Shown piece by piece: positions 44,856-55,874 of a DNA stretch of 64,000 nt. The DNA is from an uncultured Clostridia bacterium (lineage in GTDB: Bacteria; Bacillota; Clostridia; Oscillospirales; Acutalibacteraceae): NCBI GenBank assembly GCA_947168445.1, contig CAMVLW010000006.1:276-64275 (forward strand), written 5' to 3'. How positions within the stretch are numbered: position 1 is the first letter of the stretch; each line of letters starts with the position of its first letter. The position numbers and the translations under genes were made by a program. The notes under the pieces were generated by a model that worked only from the letters and a program-made list of their open reading frames with translations, did not search any database and was not told where the DNA came from.

Positions 44856-46574
44856 TTATTCGCTGATGACGCGATAAATCTGATAGCCGTTCGGCTCCGC
44901 CACCATATCATAGACAGCGCGCTGACCGCTTTCGACATAATGCTGTGTAAAGTACTTTTCCTTTTGGAACACAATGTTGTTGTCAATCACATAGACCTTC
45001 CGGCGGCTCAGTGCCGCTTCATAAATATTTTCGGGCAGATTGCGGCGCTGCATGGTGTTTTCCTTATGGAAGTAGCCGAAGTCGTCGAGATTGTTGAGAT
45101 AATCCTCGCGGAAGCCCCACATCGGGTGCAGGTAGTTTTCCGTATTTTCAATAAAGCCCGCTTTTGTCACAGGGTCCATGATATAGAAGCAGTCCGGGTT
45201 GCGGTCTAATTCCGTCATCAAAAACCTTGCGCTGTTTTGTTCCTCGGGCGTAATGTGGTTGTAATAGTAAACAAAGCCGTTCAAGCCTGCCAGCAGCGCG
45301 ATAATCACGCAGGAGATAATCATGTAGCCGTTGTTCATGCGCAGCTTGGAGGACGGCTTTTCGCGCCGCAGCACCTCAAAGTTGAACGAGTTGAGCAGCA
45401 TAGCCATCATGAACACCCAAATACCATAGGTGAGGTTGTTCGCGCCGCTGTAGAGCCAGCGCAGCACAAAGCCGGAGATGAACCCGACAATCAGGAAAAA
45501 CAGCGGGAAAAACGAAAAACGGTTTTTGTGATAGATGATAAAGAGCAGCGAAACCATCAGATAGACCGCCAGCACAATAATGGAGCGGTTGAGTTGAATG
45601 ACTTCCGCGTAGTTGTCCTCAAACACCGCAAAGGAAATATTAACGATATTGCGCGGGTTGTCCGTAAGCTGCATTTCATGCACCGCCCGCAGCGCGTCGT
45701 TATTCAGCGCGTTGTCCGCGTCATAGTAGCCGTTTTTCAGCAGTTCATAGTCCGCCTCGGTCTGAATTCCCACCTTCTCAAACGCTTCCGTGTGGTCGTT
45801 GTAGCTGGGGAAGGGGAGCGCGCTGATTTCGTTGCTGAGTGTGGAATACTCGTAGAAATTGCGCGCTTCGTCGGTGGCGTGGTTCACGGAATAGGAGAAC
45901 TGGTGCAGTCCGAGCGTCACCAGCGCCGTCAGCAAAAACATCAGCAAAAACGGTCTGAAATACCAAAACAGCTTGCGGAACGGCAGGCGGTATTTTTTCT
46001 TGGCAATCATGTCGCCGAAGAAGAACGCCACGGCAAAGCCCAGTGCAATGAAGAAATAGGTGACGTTCAAGAACGAGCCGAGCACGACCTCTGCCACGCC
46101 CACCCAGCAGGAGAGGGTGTAGCGCTTTTGGAATATCGCAAGCAGAATCAGCAAAAAGCCGCCCGCGCACAGCAGCGCCGCGGTGCGGGTGCTGTCAACA
46201 TTGGTATAGTGGTGCAGCGCAAACATTATATTGAGCAGCGTGGCAAAGATAAACGCCTTGCGCTTGTTGTACTTGTCCGCAAACACAAAGGTGATGGAGG
46301 TAAACGCGAAGAAGGAGGCGAGCACCTCAAACATCACAAAGCAGTTCACTGTCGGAAAAGCATACTGCGCCGTTCCAATCAGACTAGCCAGCAGGTAGTT
46401 GACAGTGGCGTTGGTGTAGATATGGTCGCGGCAAATGCGCATGGAATTGTAAAAATCCGCGCTTGTTTCATACGTGAATGAGGTTAACACCACGCACAGC
46501 GCCAAAAATACCGCGTTCAGAACAAACGCGAACAGCAGGCTGCTTTTCCATATTTTTAAGAAAGTCTCTTTCAT
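44856..46574 (-). CDS. Polytopic membrane protein (possibly GT-C glycosyltransferase-like)
   Basis: Many hydrophobic segments with two soluble loops; function not recognised. Confidence 0.65.
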   Translation of the reverse strand: MKETFLKIWKSSLLFAFVLNAVFLALCVVLTSFTYETSADFYNSMRICRDHIYTNATVNYLLASLIGTAQYAFPTVNCFVMFEVLASFFAFTSITFVFADKYNKRKAFIFATLLNIMFALHHYTNVDSTRTAALLCAGGFLLILLAIFQKRYTLSCWVGVAEVVLGSFLNVTYFFIALGFAVAFFFGDMIAKKKYRLPFRKLFWYFRPFLLMFLLTALVTLGLHQFSYSVNHATDEARNFYEYSTLSNEISALPFPSYNDHTEAFEKVGIQTEADYELLKNGYYDADNALNNDALRAVHEMQLTDNPRNIVNISFAVFEDNYAEVIQLNRSIIVLAVYLMVSLLFIIYHKNRFSFFPLFFLIVGFISGFVLRWLYSGANNLTYGIWVFMMAMLLNSFNFEVLRREKPSSKLRMNNGYMIISCVIIALLAGLNGFVYYYNHITPEEQNSARFLMTELDRNPDCFYIMDPVTKAGFIENTENYLHPMWGFREDYLNNLDDFGYFHKENTMQRRNLPENIYEAALSRRKVYVIDNNIVFQKEKYFTQHYVESGQRAVYDMVAEPNGYQIYRVISE

Positions 46575-46619
46575 AATACGCTCCGGTGAGGATATTTAAG
46601 CTTTATCGGGAATCGCTGA

Positions 46620-48812
46620 TTATACATACCCCTTGTCAATCTGCGTCTGCCGCAGAAGGGTCAGGTTCTTTTCCTCATAGTCGTTGAACACAACATTTTT
46701 GACAAATTGTTCGGCGTCATATTTCGGAGTGTACCAGGATTGAGAACCAAAATACGCCGAAAGGGAAGAGTCTTTAAAAATTCTTCCCCTTCTTGCGTAT
46801 ATTTCATTTAAAGTTAAGTTCAGTTCTTCGCGGCTCATCTTGGCGACCTCCTCCTCAGAGAGGTAGGAGGTGTTCGCCTTGAATCCGCTGAAAACCGCGT
46901 TGTCCGCGCTTGCTCTGCTTGTGGTGCCGGTGCCGGAGGCTTCTGTGCGGGAGCTTTCCTCGGAGATTTCGCTGCTTTCGCTGCTGCTGCTCTCACTGCT
47001 GCTTTCGCTGCTGCTCTCACTCTTCTTTTCGGAACCTCTGGAAACGGTCAGTGTAATGGTGCTGCCCTTTTTCAAGGGCGCTGAGCCGTCGGGCGTCATG
47101 GCAATGACGTAGCCGTAGTCAAAATCATCATTGTATTGATAGTCACCGATTTCAACATGAAAGCCCTGACCTTCAAGCGTGATTTGCGCGTAGTCAAAGA
47201 ATGTGCCGATAATGTTGTAGGGTGTGACGGTTTCGTCGCTTTCGCCGGCGGTAGTGTCGGGAACGGTGGTCGGTTGGGTTGCCGCGGTGGAGGGAGCGAC
47301 GGTGGTTGCGGGAACCGTTGCGGCGGTGGTGGCGGCGGTCTGGTTGCTGCTGCTGCCGCTGCCAAACCAGCCGTTCTGTGCCGCGAGGAAGCCGACGGTT
47401 CCTACCACGCCGAGCAGAAATGCGGCTGCGGCAATTGCGATAATCAGTCCGGTTCTGCTCTTTGAGGTCTTTTCACGCGGTTGGTCGTCCTCTTCCTCCT
47501 GCTCCTGTGCGGGATAGAAGGCGTTGTTGTTGAACACCTGCGTTGCCGCTGTGTTCTCCGCCTTTTTCTCAGGCTGCTTGGGAGCGGAAGCGGCTGCTGC
47601 GGTTGCAACGGTCGCTGCGGTTGCTGCAGCGGAGGTTTCCTCCTTTGCGGGAGCGTCCTCAAAGAAGTCGCCGTAGTCTTGGTCGTCCTTCTTTTGTGCG
47701 TCGTTGATGTTAAAGACACGTGTTTGCACCTGATAGTCGTCAAACACGCGGTTGTCAATTTCGGGCTCCTCGGCTGCGGGTTCCTCAACAGCGGGCTGTT
47801 CGGGAACAGCAGGCTCAACGGGAGCCGTGGTTCTCGCGGAGGTGGTCACCTCGGGAACGGGAGCGGCGGGCGCCGGCTTGGGTGCGGCGGGCTGAGCGGG
47901 CTCGTCAAACGCGAACTCCTCAAACACATTGCTCTCAAACGCCGTGCTTGCGGGCACAATCACCTGTGCGGCAGGCTCCGCCTGAACAGGTAACTCCGCC
48001 TTAATCGCGGAAAGGGCGTTTTTGAGGTTGCCGGCGTTTTTCCAGCGGTTGCGGTTTTCGGGCTGGCAAGCAATGACAATCACGCTCTTGAGCTTTTCGC
48101 TGCCGTTTTCGGGAGCGGAAACAGCCGCCTTGGAAAAGCGCTTTTTGGTTGCCTCGGCGCGGTCGGTTGTTTCGTTTTCAAAGGGAAGCTTGCCGTTGTT
48201 GGCCATGCCGTACATCACCAGACCGAGGGAATAGATGTCGGTGGTAATGTCGGGCGCGTCGTTAAGCTGGATCTCCGGAGCGGTGTAGACAGGGTTCTGC
48301 GCGCCCTCAAAGGCGGTGAAGCCGCCCAGCACATAGTGACCGGTGTTGTCAAGATAGATGTTCTCGGGGCTGATGTTGCCGTGCAGAATATTGTTGCTCT
48401 CCAGCTTGTCCAGCACATCGCTGAGCTGCAAGCCGAAGTCGACAATCTCGCTGTCCGAGAGCGTTTTGCCCCTGAGCGTCTGCTGCAGGGAGGGATAATC
48501 GTTTGTCAGTAAGTATAACGAAATGCTGCTTTTTGCGGGGTCGTTTTCCACCACAGCGTCAATGTAATTGCTGACGCCGCGCAGCTTCATGACGGTCTTG
48601 ACAAACGCCGCTTCTTCCTGAACCAAATCGACGTTGTCGCTGCTATAGGTTTCGCCTTCAAAGTCGATGCAGGTGAGCACCGCAGCAACCGTTGTGCCGT
48701 CAAATTCCACGCGCGACACGCTGTAGGCGGGATAGCCGTTTCTGTCGGCAAGCGCTGAAATAACCTTCCATGATTTCAGCTTGTCGGGTAACTTTAGCTT
48801 AGCCATAGTCAA
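46620..48812 (-). CDS. Ser/Thr kinase-like membrane protein with PASTA and YARHG domains
   Basis: Kinase fold remnants (HGNISPENI, YTAPE, DIYSLG), Pro/Ala linker, TM helix, PASTA-like repeat, NEIYARRGRIF. Confidence 0.85.
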   Translation of the reverse strand: MTMAKLKLPDKLKSWKVISALADRNGYPAYSVSRVEFDGTTVAAVLTCIDFEGETYSSDNVDLVQEEAAFVKTVMKLRGVSNYIDAVVENDPAKSSISLYLLTNDYPSLQQTLRGKTLSDSEIVDFGLQLSDVLDKLESNNILHGNISPENIYLDNTGHYVLGGFTAFEGAQNPVYTAPEIQLNDAPDITTDIYSLGLVMYGMANNGKLPFENETTDRAEATKKRFSKAAVSAPENGSEKLKSVIVIACQPENRNRWKNAGNLKNALSAIKAELPVQAEPAAQVIVPASTAFESNVFEEFAFDEPAQPAAPKPAPAAPVPEVTTSARTTAPVEPAVPEQPAVEEPAAEEPEIDNRVFDDYQVQTRVFNINDAQKKDDQDYGDFFEDAPAKEETSAAATAATVATAAAASAPKQPEKKAENTAATQVFNNNAFYPAQEQEEEDDQPREKTSKSRTGLIIAIAAAAFLLGVVGTVGFLAAQNGWFGSGSSSNQTAATTAATVPATTVAPSTAATQPTTVPDTTAGESDETVTPYNIIGTFFDYAQITLEGQGFHVEIGDYQYNDDFDYGYVIAMTPDGSAPLKKGSTITLTVSRGSEKKSESSSESSSESSSSESSEISEESSRTEASGTGTTSRASADNAVFSGFKANTSYLSEEEVAKMSREELNLTLNEIYARRGRIFKDSSLSAYFGSQSWYTPKYDAEQFVKNVVFNDYEEKNLTLLRQTQIDKGYV

Positions 48813-48986
48813 TTCTCCTTTTCGAATTTATCGTATCAGTTTCTTATATTTAACCCATTTTATCATACCTAACGGCTATTATATCACATTTCCGTGCGTT
48901 TTTCCACTGTTTTTGAAAAATTCTTGTCCGCAAACTGAATAGAAAAAAGGGAACTCGCACCGAGCTCCCTTATCAAAAAGTACCAA

Positions 48987-49364
48987 TCAGGCGTGTTTTT
49001 CCCGCACGCCGAGCACGCCGCCCGCCGCGCCGAGGAGCAGCGCGGCGGCTGCCTTGACAACTGACAGCACCGTGAATGCCATATCGCCCTTGATTGCCGC
49101 GACAATCAGCAGCGCGAGAAACATCACGCCGCCCACCGCCGCTCCCGCGACAAGTCCCGCGCCGCGGTTGAGCTTTGCCGCAACAAAGCCGCCCGCAAAC
49201 GCGCCCGCTCCCAAAAAGCCCGCAAGAAGATAGTCGAGCAGGCTGCCCTGCGGCAGTCCGGTTTTCAGCAGCACCACGGTGAGAATACACATCAGAATCA
49301 CGCTTGTCAGCAGTCCGCAAAAAGCGCCGGTTGCCACCGCTTTCAGCAGTTTTTTGTCAAACAT
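48987..49364 (-). CDS. TIGR04086/YrzE-like small membrane protein
   Basis: Four Gly-rich TM helices; position after yajC. Confidence 0.7.
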   Translation of the reverse strand: MFDKKLLKAVATGAFCGLLTSVILMCILTVVLLKTGLPQGSLLDYLLAGFLGAGAFAGGFVAAKLNRGAGLVAGAAVGGVMFLALLIVAAIKGDMAFTVLSVVKAAAALLLGAAGGVLGVREKHA

Positions 49365-49421
49365 AAAAAATCCCCCAAATATCATCTGTTGCATGATATT
49401 CGGGGAATTGAAAAAATATTC

Positions 49422-49796
49422 TTATTTGTCCTGCGCGGGCTCGGTTTCTTCCTTCTTCTTTTTGCCGAACAGACCTGCAAAACCCTTTTTCTCGGGAGCA
49501 GCGGTGGTTTTGGCGGTTTCCTTCACGGTATCTACAGAGGAAATGCACCATTTTTTAAACTTCATCTTCACGCGGTCGGAGCCTGTTTCGATAATCAACG
49601 CGTCCTCGTCCTCTTTAATCGCAACGACTCTGCCCATAATGCCGCCGATTGTAGTGATTTCGTCGCCGATTTCAAGGTTGTTGCGCATCTCCGCCTCTTC
49701 CTTTTTCTTCTTGGAATTCGGGCGAATCAGGAATAAATACACCAAACCGATAATGACCGCGTAAATCGCAATCATACCTACCATTGACATGTTCAT
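49422..49796 (-). CDS. yajC: Preprotein translocase subunit YajC
   Basis: LIRPNSKKKK, LEIGDEITTIGGIMG. Confidence 0.93.
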   Translation of the reverse strand: MNMSMVGMIAIYAVIIGLVYLFLIRPNSKKKKEEAEMRNNLEIGDEITTIGGIMGRVVAIKEDEDALIIETGSDRVKMKFKKWCISSVDTVKETAKTTAAPEKKGFAGLFGKKKKEETEPAQDK

Positions 49797-49914
49797 ATGT
49801 ATACCTCCAAATGATATTTTTTTATACGCAATCTGTATTATAACAGGTTTAAACGCGAGTTGCAAGCATTTTTTTCACTTTATGGGAAATTCTTTCGGTT
49901 TCTGTGCCGTCCGG

Positions 49915-51090
<1,176 letters not shown>

Positions 51091-51363
51091 TCAGAATAAA
51101 TCGCTGTGGGTGCCGGTTCGGGTCAATGCTAAGATTAATTCGTCATTGTTGATTTTATAGACCAACAGCCAATCGGGTGTGATGTGACATTCCCGGCAAT
51201 CTGCGTAATTGCCTGATAAAGGATGGTCTTTGTATTTTGGAGGCAATGGAATTTCATTCGCCAACATCTCAATGACTTTTTCCATGAGCGGTATGTGATA
51301 TCCGCGCTTGACAACACGTTTAAAGTCCTTTTTGAAAGTAGTTTCGTATTTAATCGTCAGCAT
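51091..51363 (-). CDS. yafQ: YafQ-family mRNA interferase toxin
   Basis: FKKDFK, KDHPLSG, RECHITPDWLLVY, RTGTHSDLF. Confidence 0.93.
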   Translation of the reverse strand: MLTIKYETTFKKDFKRVVKRGYHIPLMEKVIEMLANEIPLPPKYKDHPLSGNYADCRECHITPDWLLVYKINNDELILALTRTGTHSDLF

Positions 51364-51622
51364 ACAAGTCCTCCATCAATTCTGCCACAGAATTGAAACC
51401 TCTGCTGAGACCTTGCCCTTTTCTGACATTCTCAATTGCCCTTTTTGTTTCATCATTCGGAATATCAGCCGTGATTTCAAATGGAATACGCTGTTCCCTG
51501 ACAACCGTTTTTGCAAACATATTGAATACCGAACTGACCGATAAGCCGATTTCGCTGCAAAAAGCGTCAAAAGCCTTTTTGGTGCTTTCATCCATTCTGA
51601 TATTGACATTCGTTTGAGCCAT
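51350..51622 (-). CDS. dinJ: RelB/DinJ-family antitoxin
   Basis: NVNIRMD, IGLSVSSVFNMFAK, IPFEI, PNDET; own TTGACA-17-TATAAT promoter at 51674-51646. Confidence 0.9.
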   Translation of the reverse strand: MAQTNVNIRMDESTKKAFDAFCSEIGLSVSSVFNMFAKTVVREQRIPFEITADIPNDETKRAIENVRKGQGLSRGFNSVAELMEDLYADD

Positions 51623-51691
51623 AGCAATACCACCTTTCTATCAATATTATATGCCGATTACATGCAATTGTCAATGATAATCATATACAAA

Positions 51692-52717
51692 TTACAGAAT
51701 TATCATTGCGTCCCCAAAGCTAAAAAATCTGTATTTTTCTTTTACGGCAATTTCATAGGCGTTCATCACCTTGTCATAGCCGGCAAAGGCGGATACCAGC
51801 ATGATCAGCGTGCTTTCGGGAAGGTGAAAATTCGTCACCAGTCCGTCGAGCACCTTGAATTCATAGCCGGGGTAGATGAAAATATCGGTAAAGCCCTCGC
51901 ACGGCTTGATTTCGCCGTACTGCGTGGCGACGCTTTCGAGCGTGCGGCAGGAGGTGGTGCCGATAGCAATCACGCGCCCGCCTTTTTGCTTGGTTTCGTT
52001 AATCAGCCGGGCGGTTTCAGTTGGAATTTCGTAGTGCTCGCTGTGCATTTTGTGATTTGTCACGTCGTCCACCTTTACCGGGCGGAAGGTGCCGAGCCCG
52101 ACGTGCAGGGTGACGTAGGCGATTTTCACACCCTTCTGACGGATTTTCTCCATCAGTTCCTCTGTGAAGTGCAGCCCGGCAGTCGGCGCGGCGGCGGAGC
52201 CGAGTTCGTGGCTGTAGACCGTCTGATAGCGCTCCTTGTCCTTGAGCTCCTCGGTGATGTAGGGCGGAAGCGGCATTTGTCCGATTTTGTCGAGCGTGGC
52301 GAAAAAGTTTTCATCGCAGTCAAAGTCCACCACGCGGTTGCCGTCGTCCTTGACCTCTGCGACCGTGGCGGTCAAAATGCCGTCGCCAAAGCTGAATTTT
52401 GCGCCCTCACGCGCTTTTTTGCCGGGCTTGCAGAGCGTTTCCCAGCGGTTGCCGCTGATTTGCTTCAGGAGCAAAAATTCCACCCTTGCGCCGGTTTCAG
52501 CCTTTACGCCGTAAATGCGGGCGGGCAGCACGCGCGAATCGTTGGCGACAATCAAATCGCCCTCGTGCAGATAGTCGATAATATCATAAAAATGCCGGTG
52601 AGCGATCGCGCCTGTTTTGCGGTCAAGCACCAGCAGGCGCGAGCTGTCACGCGGCTCCGCCGGAGTTTGCGCAATCAGCTCTTTTGGCAGTTCGTAATAA
52701 AAATCGCTCGTTTTCAT
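51692..52717 (-). CDS. queA: S-adenosylmethionine:tRNA ribosyltransferase-isomerase
   Basis: [44 protein letters not shown]. Confidence 0.97.
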   Translation of the reverse strand: MKTSDFYYELPKELIAQTPAEPRDSSRLLVLDRKTGAIAHRHFYDIIDYLHEGDLIVANDSRVLPARIYGVKAETGARVEFLLLKQISGNRWETLCKPGKKAREGAKFSFGDGILTATVAEVKDDGNRVVDFDCDENFFATLDKIGQMPLPPYITEELKDKERYQTVYSHELGSAAAPTAGLHFTEELMEKIRQKGVKIAYVTLHVGLGTFRPVKVDDVTNHKMHSEHYEIPTETARLINETKQKGGRVIAIGTTSCRTLESVATQYGEIKPCEGFTDIFIYPGYEFKVLDGLVTNFHLPESTLIMLVSAFAGYDKVMNAYEIAVKEKYRFFSFGDAMIIL

Positions 52718-52931
52718 AAAAAAATCCCTTCTGTTTTCATAATGATGAATTTCCGCACCCAAAATAATTGACAATAAAAGCGTAAAATGGTATAGTATAT
52801 AGTAGGGTAATTTGGAAATCATCCCACATTTTGCGGTTGCGGCTGCTTTGCAGTTCTTCATCTATCATAGACTATTTTTTCAAATAAGGCAACCGCTTTT
52901 TGAAAATTTGTTTAAATCGGAGGAATCAACA

Positions 52932-54017
52932 GTGAGAAAGTACAAGGTTGGAATCATCGGAGCAACAGGCATGGTCGGACAGCGTTTCGCGCTTTTGCTT
53001 GAAAATCACCCGTGGTTTGAGGTCACCGCTCTTGCCGCCAGCGCCAGAAGCGCCGGCAAAAAGTACGGCGACGTCGTTGAGGGCAGATGGCACATGACTG
53101 CCGCCCTTCCCGAAAAATACAAGGACATGGTGATTATCGACGCGGAAAACGTGGAAGAGGTTGCTTCTCAGGTTGACTTCTGCTTCTGCGCGGTCAACAT
53201 GAAGAAGGACGAAATCCGTGCGCTGGAGGAAAAGTACGCCAAGGCGGAGTGTCCCATCGTTTCCAACAACTCGGCTCACCGTTTCACGCCCGACGTTCCC
53301 ATGGTTATCCCCGAAATCAACGCGGACCACATCAAAATCATCGAAGCGCAGAGAAAGCGCCTCGGCACCAAGAGAGGCTTTGTGGCGGTTAAGTCCAACT
53401 GCTCTCTCCAAAGCTATGTTCCCGCGATTCATCCCTTAAAGGCGCTCGGCGTTGACAAGGTTCTCGCCTGCACCTATCAGGCGATTTCGGGCGCCGGCAA
53501 AACCTTCAAGACTTGGCCTGAGATGGTCGACAACCTCATTCCGTACATTGGCGGCGAGGAAGAAAAGTCCGAGAAGGAACCGCTCAAAATCTGGGGTCAT
53601 GTTGAGGGCGGCGAGATTGTTCTCACCGATGATATTGCAATCACCTCTCAGTGTCTGCGTGTTCCCGTTTCCGACGGTCACACCGCGGCGGTGTTCATGT
53701 CCTTTAAGGAAGGCGTAAAAAAGCCCACCGTTGAAGAAATCATCAATATTTGGGAAAACTATCAGGGCAGAGCGCAGGAGCTTGAGCTTCCCAGCGCGCC
53801 CAAGCACTTCCTGCATTACTTCACCGAGCCCGACCGTCCGCAGATTAAGTCCGAGAGAAATCTTGAAAACGGCATGGCGATTTCCGTCGGCAGACTCAGA
53901 GAGGACACCCAGTACGACTACAAATTCGTTTGTATGTCCCACAACACATTAAGAGGCGCAGCGGGCGGCGCGGTATTGCTTGCCGAGCTTCTCTGCGCGG
54001 AAGGCTATATGGATTAA
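52932..54017 (+). CDS. asd: Aspartate-semialdehyde dehydrogenase
   Basis: GATGMVGQ, SNCS, QAISGAG, HNTLRGAAG. Confidence 0.95.
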   Translation: MRKYKVGIIGATGMVGQRFALLLENHPWFEVTALAASARSAGKKYGDVVEGRWHMTAALPEKYKDMVIIDAENVEEVASQVDFCFCAVNMKKDEIRALEEKYAKAECPIVSNNSAHRFTPDVPMVIPEINADHIKIIEAQRKRLGTKRGFVAVKSNCSLQSYVPAIHPLKALGVDKVLACTYQAISGAGKTFKTWPEMVDNLIPYIGGEEEKSEKEPLKIWGHVEGGEIVLTDDIAITSQCLRVPVSDGHTAAVFMSFKEGVKKPTVEEIINIWENYQGRAQELELPSAPKHFLHYFTEPDRPQIKSERNLENGMAISVGRLREDTQYDYKFVCMSHNTLRGAAGGAVLLAELLCAEGYMD

Positions 54018-54041
54018 AAAAAGATTATACGGAGGCGTATT

Positions 54042-54947
54042 ATGGCTAATCCAATTTTCACCGGTTCGGGTGTTGCGCTGATTACACCCATGAATGCAGA
54101 CGGTTCGGTGAACTATCAGGCGCTCGGAGATTTGCTGGAGTTCCATGTTGCGAACAAAACCGACGCGATTATTGCCTGCGGCACCACAGGCGAGGCGGCG
54201 ACTCTCACCGAGAAGGAGCACCTTGAGGTGCTGGCGTTTACCACCGAAAAAATCAACGGCAGAATCCCCGTTATTGCCGGCACCGGCAGCAACGACACCG
54301 CTTTTGCCGTTATGCTCTCCAAGAAGGCGCAGCAGTTCGGCGTTGACGCGCTGCTGACCGTAACTCCTTATTACAATAAAACCTCACAGGCAGGTCTGGT
54401 GAAGCATTTCAATGTGATTGCCGACGCCGTAGATTTGCCTTTGATTCTCTACAACGTACCCTCGCGTACCGGCTGCAACATCAAGCCGAAAACCTATGCG
54501 GAGTTGTGCAAGCACCCGAATATCGTTGCGGCAAAGGAAGCCAGCGGCGACATTTCACAGGTAGCGCTGATTCGCTCACTCTGCGGCGACAAGCTTGACA
54601 TCTATTCCGGCAACGACGACCAGACCGTGCCCTTCATGTCGCTCGGCGCGCTCGGCGTTATCTCGGTATTCGCGAACATCTGCCCGGCGGAAATGCACGA
54701 CATCTGCCAGCTTTGCCTTGACAACGACTTTGCGCAGGCGCAGAAGCTCCACTTCCATTATATCGAGCTGATGAACATCATGTTCAGTGACGTCAACCCG
54801 ATTCCCGTCAAGACAGCCATGAACCTGTTCGGCTTTGACGCGGGCGAGTGCAGACTGCCGCTTGTTCCCATGAGCGTTGCGGGCTATCATGATTTGAAGG
54901 ATTGTTTGGCGAAGTACGACTTGCTTGACAAGTATAAGAAGTGTTAA
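54042..54947 (+). CDS. dapA: 4-hydroxy-tetrahydrodipicolinate synthase
   Basis: GTTGE, TPYYNK, LYNVPSRTG, KEASG, NPIPVK. Confidence 0.96.
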   Translation: MANPIFTGSGVALITPMNADGSVNYQALGDLLEFHVANKTDAIIACGTTGEAATLTEKEHLEVLAFTTEKINGRIPVIAGTGSNDTAFAVMLSKKAQQFGVDALLTVTPYYNKTSQAGLVKHFNVIADAVDLPLILYNVPSRTGCNIKPKTYAELCKHPNIVAAKEASGDISQVALIRSLCGDKLDIYSGNDDQTVPFMSLGALGVISVFANICPAEMHDICQLCLDNDFAQAQKLHFHYIELMNIMFSDVNPIPVKTAMNLFGFDAGECRLPLVPMSVAGYHDLKDCLAKYDLLDKYKKC

Positions 54948-55053
54948 GCGGTTAGTGAGTTATAAGGTATAAGGTATAAGAATAGCCGGCGCAAAACGGG
55001 TTGTGTTTGTGCCGGCTTTCGTAAAATTCGGATAAAGATAAGGAAGTGTAAAC

Positions 55054-55815
55054 ATGACAAAGATTGCGATTGTCGGCTGCAACGGCAAAATGGGTTATTT
55101 CGTGGCGCAGGCTGTCAAGGAAAACGCCGCGTGTGAAACGCTGTTCGGCGTTGACGCTTACGGCGAGAGCCGCTGTGATTTCCCGGTCTATCCGTCCTTT
55201 GACGGCGTGGCGGAAATCCCTGATGTGATTATCGACTTTTCCAATCCTGCGGCGCTTGACGGAATGCTTGACTTTGCTTTGAAAAACAGCGTTCCGTGCG
55301 TGATTTGCACCACAGGCTATTCACAGGAGCAGGTTGCGCAAATTAAGGCGGCTGCTGAAAAAATCGCCGTATTTTACTCGGGCAACATGTCGCTCGGCAT
55401 TAACCTGCTGATTGAACTCTCCAAGCAGGCGGCAAAGGTGCTCGGCGGCAGCTTTGATATTGAAATCGTGGAAAAGCACCATAATCTTAAAGTAGACGCG
55501 CCCAGCGGCACCGCGCTGATGATTGCCGACGCGGTTTCCGATACGCTCGAAAACGAGCCGCAGTATGTCTATGACCGCCATGCGTACCGCAAAAAGCGCT
55601 CCAAGAATGAAATCGGTATCCATTCCGTCAGAGGCGGCACGATTGTCGGTGAGCACGAGGTCATCTTCGCGGGTCACGACGAGGTGGTGACCATCTCCCA
55701 TCAGGCGCAGTCCAAGGAGGTCTTTGCCGTGGGCGCGGTCAACGCGGCTGCTTTTCTTGCCAATCAAAAGGCGGGCATGTATAGCATGAGCGATTTGCTG
55801 GCGGACAAATTATAA
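55054..55815 (+). CDS. dapB: 4-hydroxy-tetrahydrodipicolinate reductase
   Basis: GCNGKMG, EKHHNLKVDAPSGTA, RGGTIVGEH. Confidence 0.96.
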   Translation: MTKIAIVGCNGKMGYFVAQAVKENAACETLFGVDAYGESRCDFPVYPSFDGVAEIPDVIIDFSNPAALDGMLDFALKNSVPCVICTTGYSQEQVAQIKAAAEKIAVFYSGNMSLGINLLIELSKQAAKVLGGSFDIEIVEKHHNLKVDAPSGTALMIADAVSDTLENEPQYVYDRHAYRKKRSKNEIGIHSVRGGTIVGEHEVIFAGHDEVVTISHQAQSKEVFAVGAVNAAAFLANQKAGMYSMSDLLADKL

Positions 55816-55874
55816 TCATCATAATATAATATGAAAAGGGCGTGTGAGTTTTGTTGCTCACACGCCCGACTGTT

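Noticed and set aside
46960-47025. Tandem AGCAGCGAA-type repeats
   Set aside because: Encode the Ser/Glu-rich linker (SESSSESSS) of the pseudokinase; ordinary low-complexity coding sequence
54961-54980. TATAAGG heptamer repeated about three times after dapA
   Set aside because: Too short to interpret; no associated gene or structure
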